This document shows, one piece after another, positions 39,165 through 41,822 of a DNA stretch of 41,822 nucleotides. Within the stretch, counting starts at the first letter, position 1. Each line of letters opens with the position of its first letter. Under the pieces are notes generated by a model that did no database searches, had not been told where the DNA came from, and worked only from the letters and a program-made list of their open reading frames with translations. Made by a program: the position numbers and the translations under genes. Origin of the DNA: a virus (Duplodnaviria; Caudoviricetes); IMG/VR virus record IMGVR_UViG_3300049892_000048, positions 1 to 41,822 of that record, one strand, 5' to 3'.

Positions 39165-41636
39165 ATGCGACGACTGTTAGTGATGTGTGTTCTCGCGTTG
39201 GTTCTGTGTAGTACCACGTTTGCTGGTGCTGGCGAACCACCGCTTTCTGTTGACGATATCTACTACTCATGGGTCGGGATTGGAACCGGCGGGATGCCGA
39301 ATCCTGCGGACCCTCTCAACGAACGGCGCTTTTCAGATGCTCGCGTCTGGGTCGAGATGCGCGGCCTCGTGACGACGAAGCGCCCGTGGAGTATGGCGTC
39401 CAACGTGTATCCCGGTGGAGTGGTGGGATGCGCGCAAATTCCTGCTTATTGCAACATCGATTTGATGGACGCTTCCGACGTCACGGTCTACGTAGAAGGC
39501 TTGGGCGGCGACGTGGGTGTTCCCGCTAATGGCGACGGCATCCATCTGTTCAACAACCGCAACAATCGAGTCCTTGGCGTCTATCCCGGTGGCTCGGATA
39601 TGCTGTCCGTGTACCATCCCGACCTCGTCACGTATTCGTTGGGCGACACGCGCCCAGTGATGACATATGACCGGGGATGGCTAGACCCGCGCTTCCCCAA
39701 TCTCCCCTCATTGCTCTCGTTGCACGGGGGGATGTATACACAGGCAGGCCTGCCCTACAATACGTTTCATGTGGAATGGAAAACGCTGACGTTGGCGACA
39801 ACGCCCGTGCAAGTTACTCAAGCACCATTCGCGGTCTCGATGTCCAGCCCCGCAGTCACCAATCCCGCATCGCAGCGGGTGTTTGGACTGTATGCGGGAG
39901 AAGTGGCATATGCGACCGCGCGAGACCGCGTGAGTGGGGCGGTCGTGCCCGTCACATGGATTGCCGACCGGACTTGGTGCGCGACGATTGACGCGAATGG
40001 CCGCATTGCGGCGCTCTTAGGACAGAACAACGATCCGCAGTTGATCAGTGGGATGATTTACCCGGTTTTGGACCCTGCTAACCCGGGGCAGTATAAGTGG
40101 GTTCGGTCGACGAGTGGGGGATGTTCGACCAACATCATCGCGCAAACGGTGAATGCACAGGAATGGACAACACTTTCTGTGGCGTGGCCGCCGAACAATC
40201 AACCGCCACCGTATACGGATATGCCATCGGATTGGGTGCCGCCGGTGATTCCGCCGACCCCAACCCCGACTCCAACTCCTACGCCCACTCCGACGCCGAC
40301 TCCTACACCGACGCCGACTCCTACACCAACTCCTACACCGACGCCGACCCCAACACCGGGAGTTCCTTCGGCGGATTGTACGGTTGTGGATGCGTCGGGG
40401 ACGGTTATCGATGCGAATTTGCATACGTGGACGATCTCGTTCAATTGGACGTTGCGGGATGGGACGTATTCGTGGCAGCCCAGTGGCGACCTTGGAGCCG
40501 CCGGGACGACGATGAAGATCGTATCGGGCATTGTATACGTCTATGATTCTCGCTATTCGACGTGGGCGAAGTGGAACGAAAGCCCGACGAAGATTGGAAA
40601 TTTTTGGGGTACGTGGACGAATATGGGCGCGGCGGAACCTGTGTGCCCCGACCCCGGTGGACAGATTCCAGGCCCGCAAGGACCTCCCGGACCCGCAGGC
40701 CCGATGGGACCGGCGGGACCCGCTGGACCAACAGGACCCGCAGGCCCGACAGGACCCACGGGATCGACTGGACCTGCTGGACCGACGGGCGCGACAGGAC
40801 CGATTGGACCTGCTGGACCGACGGGACCCACAGGCGCGACAGGACTTCGTGGATTCATCGGGAACACGGGACCGGCTGGTCCGGTTGGACCTGCTGGCGT
40901 CGCTGGACCCGCTGGGCCCGCAGGCGCGCCGGGAACGATTGGCCCCGCAGGACCGGCAGGACCCACAGGCCCCGCAGGACCGGCGGGATTGAACGGCGCT
41001 GTGGGACCGACAGGCCCTACAGGACCGATTGGACCGACAGGGGCGACGGGACTCCGGGGATTTATTGGACCGGCAGGACCCGCCGGGACGCCGGGCGCAA
41101 TTGGACCCGCAGGACCGAGAGGACTGATAGGACCCGCAGGCCCCGCAGGACTTGACGGAGCGCGTGGCCCCGCTGGTCCGGTTGGACCCGCAGGACCGAC
41201 AGGACTTACAGGACCGACAGGCCCCGCAGGACCCACAGGCTTGCGCGGATTTATTGGACCGACAGGCCCCGCAGGACCGATGGGACCGGTCGGCACGATC
41301 AGCTATTCACGACAGTCTGTGACGGGAAATAATGTGAACGATGCGGACACGTCGTATATTCTCATTGCATCCCCGACCACGACGTCTGACATTCTTGTGT
41401 TGGATCGTGCGACGTTTGGGAATCTCGTGGGCGTGAGTCCGACGACGACCGTCGTGGCGGTCTCCTGTCTGGGCGCGTGTTCTGCTCAGTCCGCTACGGT
41501 GTTGGACTTGCCCGTGAACCTCGCGACAGAACGCCATGTGGTGTTGTCTGTCGCGCCGGCGGGACATTCGCTCTATCTGAAAGTGACGGGAGCGGGACGC
41601 TTCGATGCGTCCGTGGTGTGGCATGTGGTTAAATAA
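39165..41636 (+). CDS. 823-aa signal-peptide protein with PT linker and collagen triple-helix repeat
   Basis: [22 protein letters not shown], Ig-like VTW...ATIDANG segment, (PT)n, 70 Gly-X-Y triplets, C-terminal beta domain. Confidence 0.85.
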   Translation: MRRLLVMCVLALVLCSTTFAGAGEPPLSVDDIYYSWVGIGTGGMPNPADPLNERRFSDARVWVEMRGLVTTKRPWSMASNVYPGGVVGCAQIPAYCNIDLMDASDVTVYVEGLGGDVGVPANGDGIHLFNNRNNRVLGVYPGGSDMLSVYHPDLVTYSLGDTRPVMTYDRGWLDPRFPNLPSLLSLHGGMYTQAGLPYNTFHVEWKTLTLATTPVQVTQAPFAVSMSSPAVTNPASQRVFGLYAGEVAYATARDRVSGAVVPVTWIADRTWCATIDANGRIAALLGQNNDPQLISGMIYPVLDPANPGQYKWVRSTSGGCSTNIIAQTVNAQEWTTLSVAWPPNNQPPPYTDMPSDWVPPVIPPTPTPTPTPTPTPTPTPTPTPTPTPTPTPTPTPTPGVPSADCTVVDASGTVIDANLHTWTISFNWTLRDGTYSWQPSGDLGAAGTTMKIVSGIVYVYDSRYSTWAKWNESPTKIGNFWGTWTNMGAAEPVCPDPGGQIPGPQGPPGPAGPMGPAGPAGPTGPAGPTGPTGSTGPAGPTGATGPIGPAGPTGPTGATGLRGFIGNTGPAGPVGPAGVAGPAGPAGAPGTIGPAGPAGPTGPAGPAGLNGAVGPTGPTGPIGPTGATGLRGFIGPAGPAGTPGAIGPAGPRGLIGPAGPAGLDGARGPAGPVGPAGPTGLTGPTGPAGPTGLRGFIGPTGPAGPMGPVGTISYSRQSVTGNNVNDADTSYILIASPTTTSDILVLDRATFGNLVGVSPTTTVVAVSCLGACSAQSATVLDLPVNLATERHVVLSVAPAGHSLYLKVTGAGRFDASVVWHVVK
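40254..40358 (+). repeat. coding (Pro-Thr)~17 repeat
   Basis: CCN ACN hexamer tandem with synonymous variation. Confidence 0.9.
40671..41300 (+). repeat. coding collagen Gly-X-Y repeat, 70 triplets
   Basis: 630 nt of 9-nt periodicity; GLRGFI recurs three times. Confidence 0.9.
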
Positions 41637-41822
41637 ACTCGTTCTTGGGTTCCTGATGGGGGTGCTGGCACTGGCCGGCACCCCCGTTGTGTTTGCACAG
41701 GGGCCGTCGGACCCCGTCATTGTGACGACGCTCCCGGTCAATCGTTCGTATGCGTGTCCCTCAGACGTGCCGACGTGGATGCCGTTTCATTGGCAGCCGC
41801 CCTGCACGACGCCCGATCCGTT
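41623..41822 (+). CDS. signal-peptide protein, truncated by window end (not in ORF track)
   Basis: [26 protein letters not shown]..., open to the end of the window. Confidence 0.65.
   Translation, partial: MWLNKLVLGFLMGVLALAGTPVVFAQGPSDPVIVTTLPVNRSYACPSDVPTWMPFHWQPPCTTPDP

Noticed and set aside
40199-41296. Minus-strand (GV)n ORF and collagen-like ORF 40553..41296
   Set aside because: Mirror images of the PT and Gly-Pro-X codon repeats of the + strand gene.
1-41822. CRISPR array, transposase, integrase or reverse transcriptase/DGR
   Set aside because: No regularly spaced repeat-spacer pattern and no such protein motifs seen; the tandem repeats found are coding.

Overview
A 41.8-kb, GC-rich segment of a large T4-like (Tevenvirinae/Kyanoviridae-style gene set) dsDNA phage; every credible gene is on the + strand. 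The first ~27 kb is an accessory region of small, translationally coupled ORFs with a CobS-like AAA+ ATPase, SPFH protein, Imm-like protein, RtcB, a NatV/NadV NAD+ salvage pair, GNAT, radical SAM enzyme, metallophosphoesterase, cyclic-phosphate-processing receiver-like protein and a GT-A-fold / dNTP-diphosphohydrolase / HAD-nucleotidase operon. It is followed by the T4 replisome module (gp45, gp44, gp62, regA, gp43, uvsX, gp41), interrupted by a tRNA-Ile(UAU), nucleotide/methyl-transfer genes and a lysozyme cluster, and then by signal-peptide-bearing late genes including a collagen-repeat protein. Two promoter classes are readable: sigma70-like TTGACA-N17-TATACT/TACCAT and a T4-type late motif (C/A)TAAATA. 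The most unusual content is non-coding: an 86-nt tRNA-like RNA with alanine identity elements, 8/5 geometry and no canonical D or anticodon arm (19821-19906); a ~400-nt structured ORF-free region (24337-24739); a ~190-nt closed rod (21798-21991); and a pseudoknot-capable leader (25570-25720). The first two each follow a copy of a duplicated promoter-leader-HTH gene-terminator cassette. Two stand-alone HigA-antitoxin-N-terminus-like proteins are candidate anti-toxin mimics. All family calls are by motif recognition and all folds by eye; no searches or folding programs were run.
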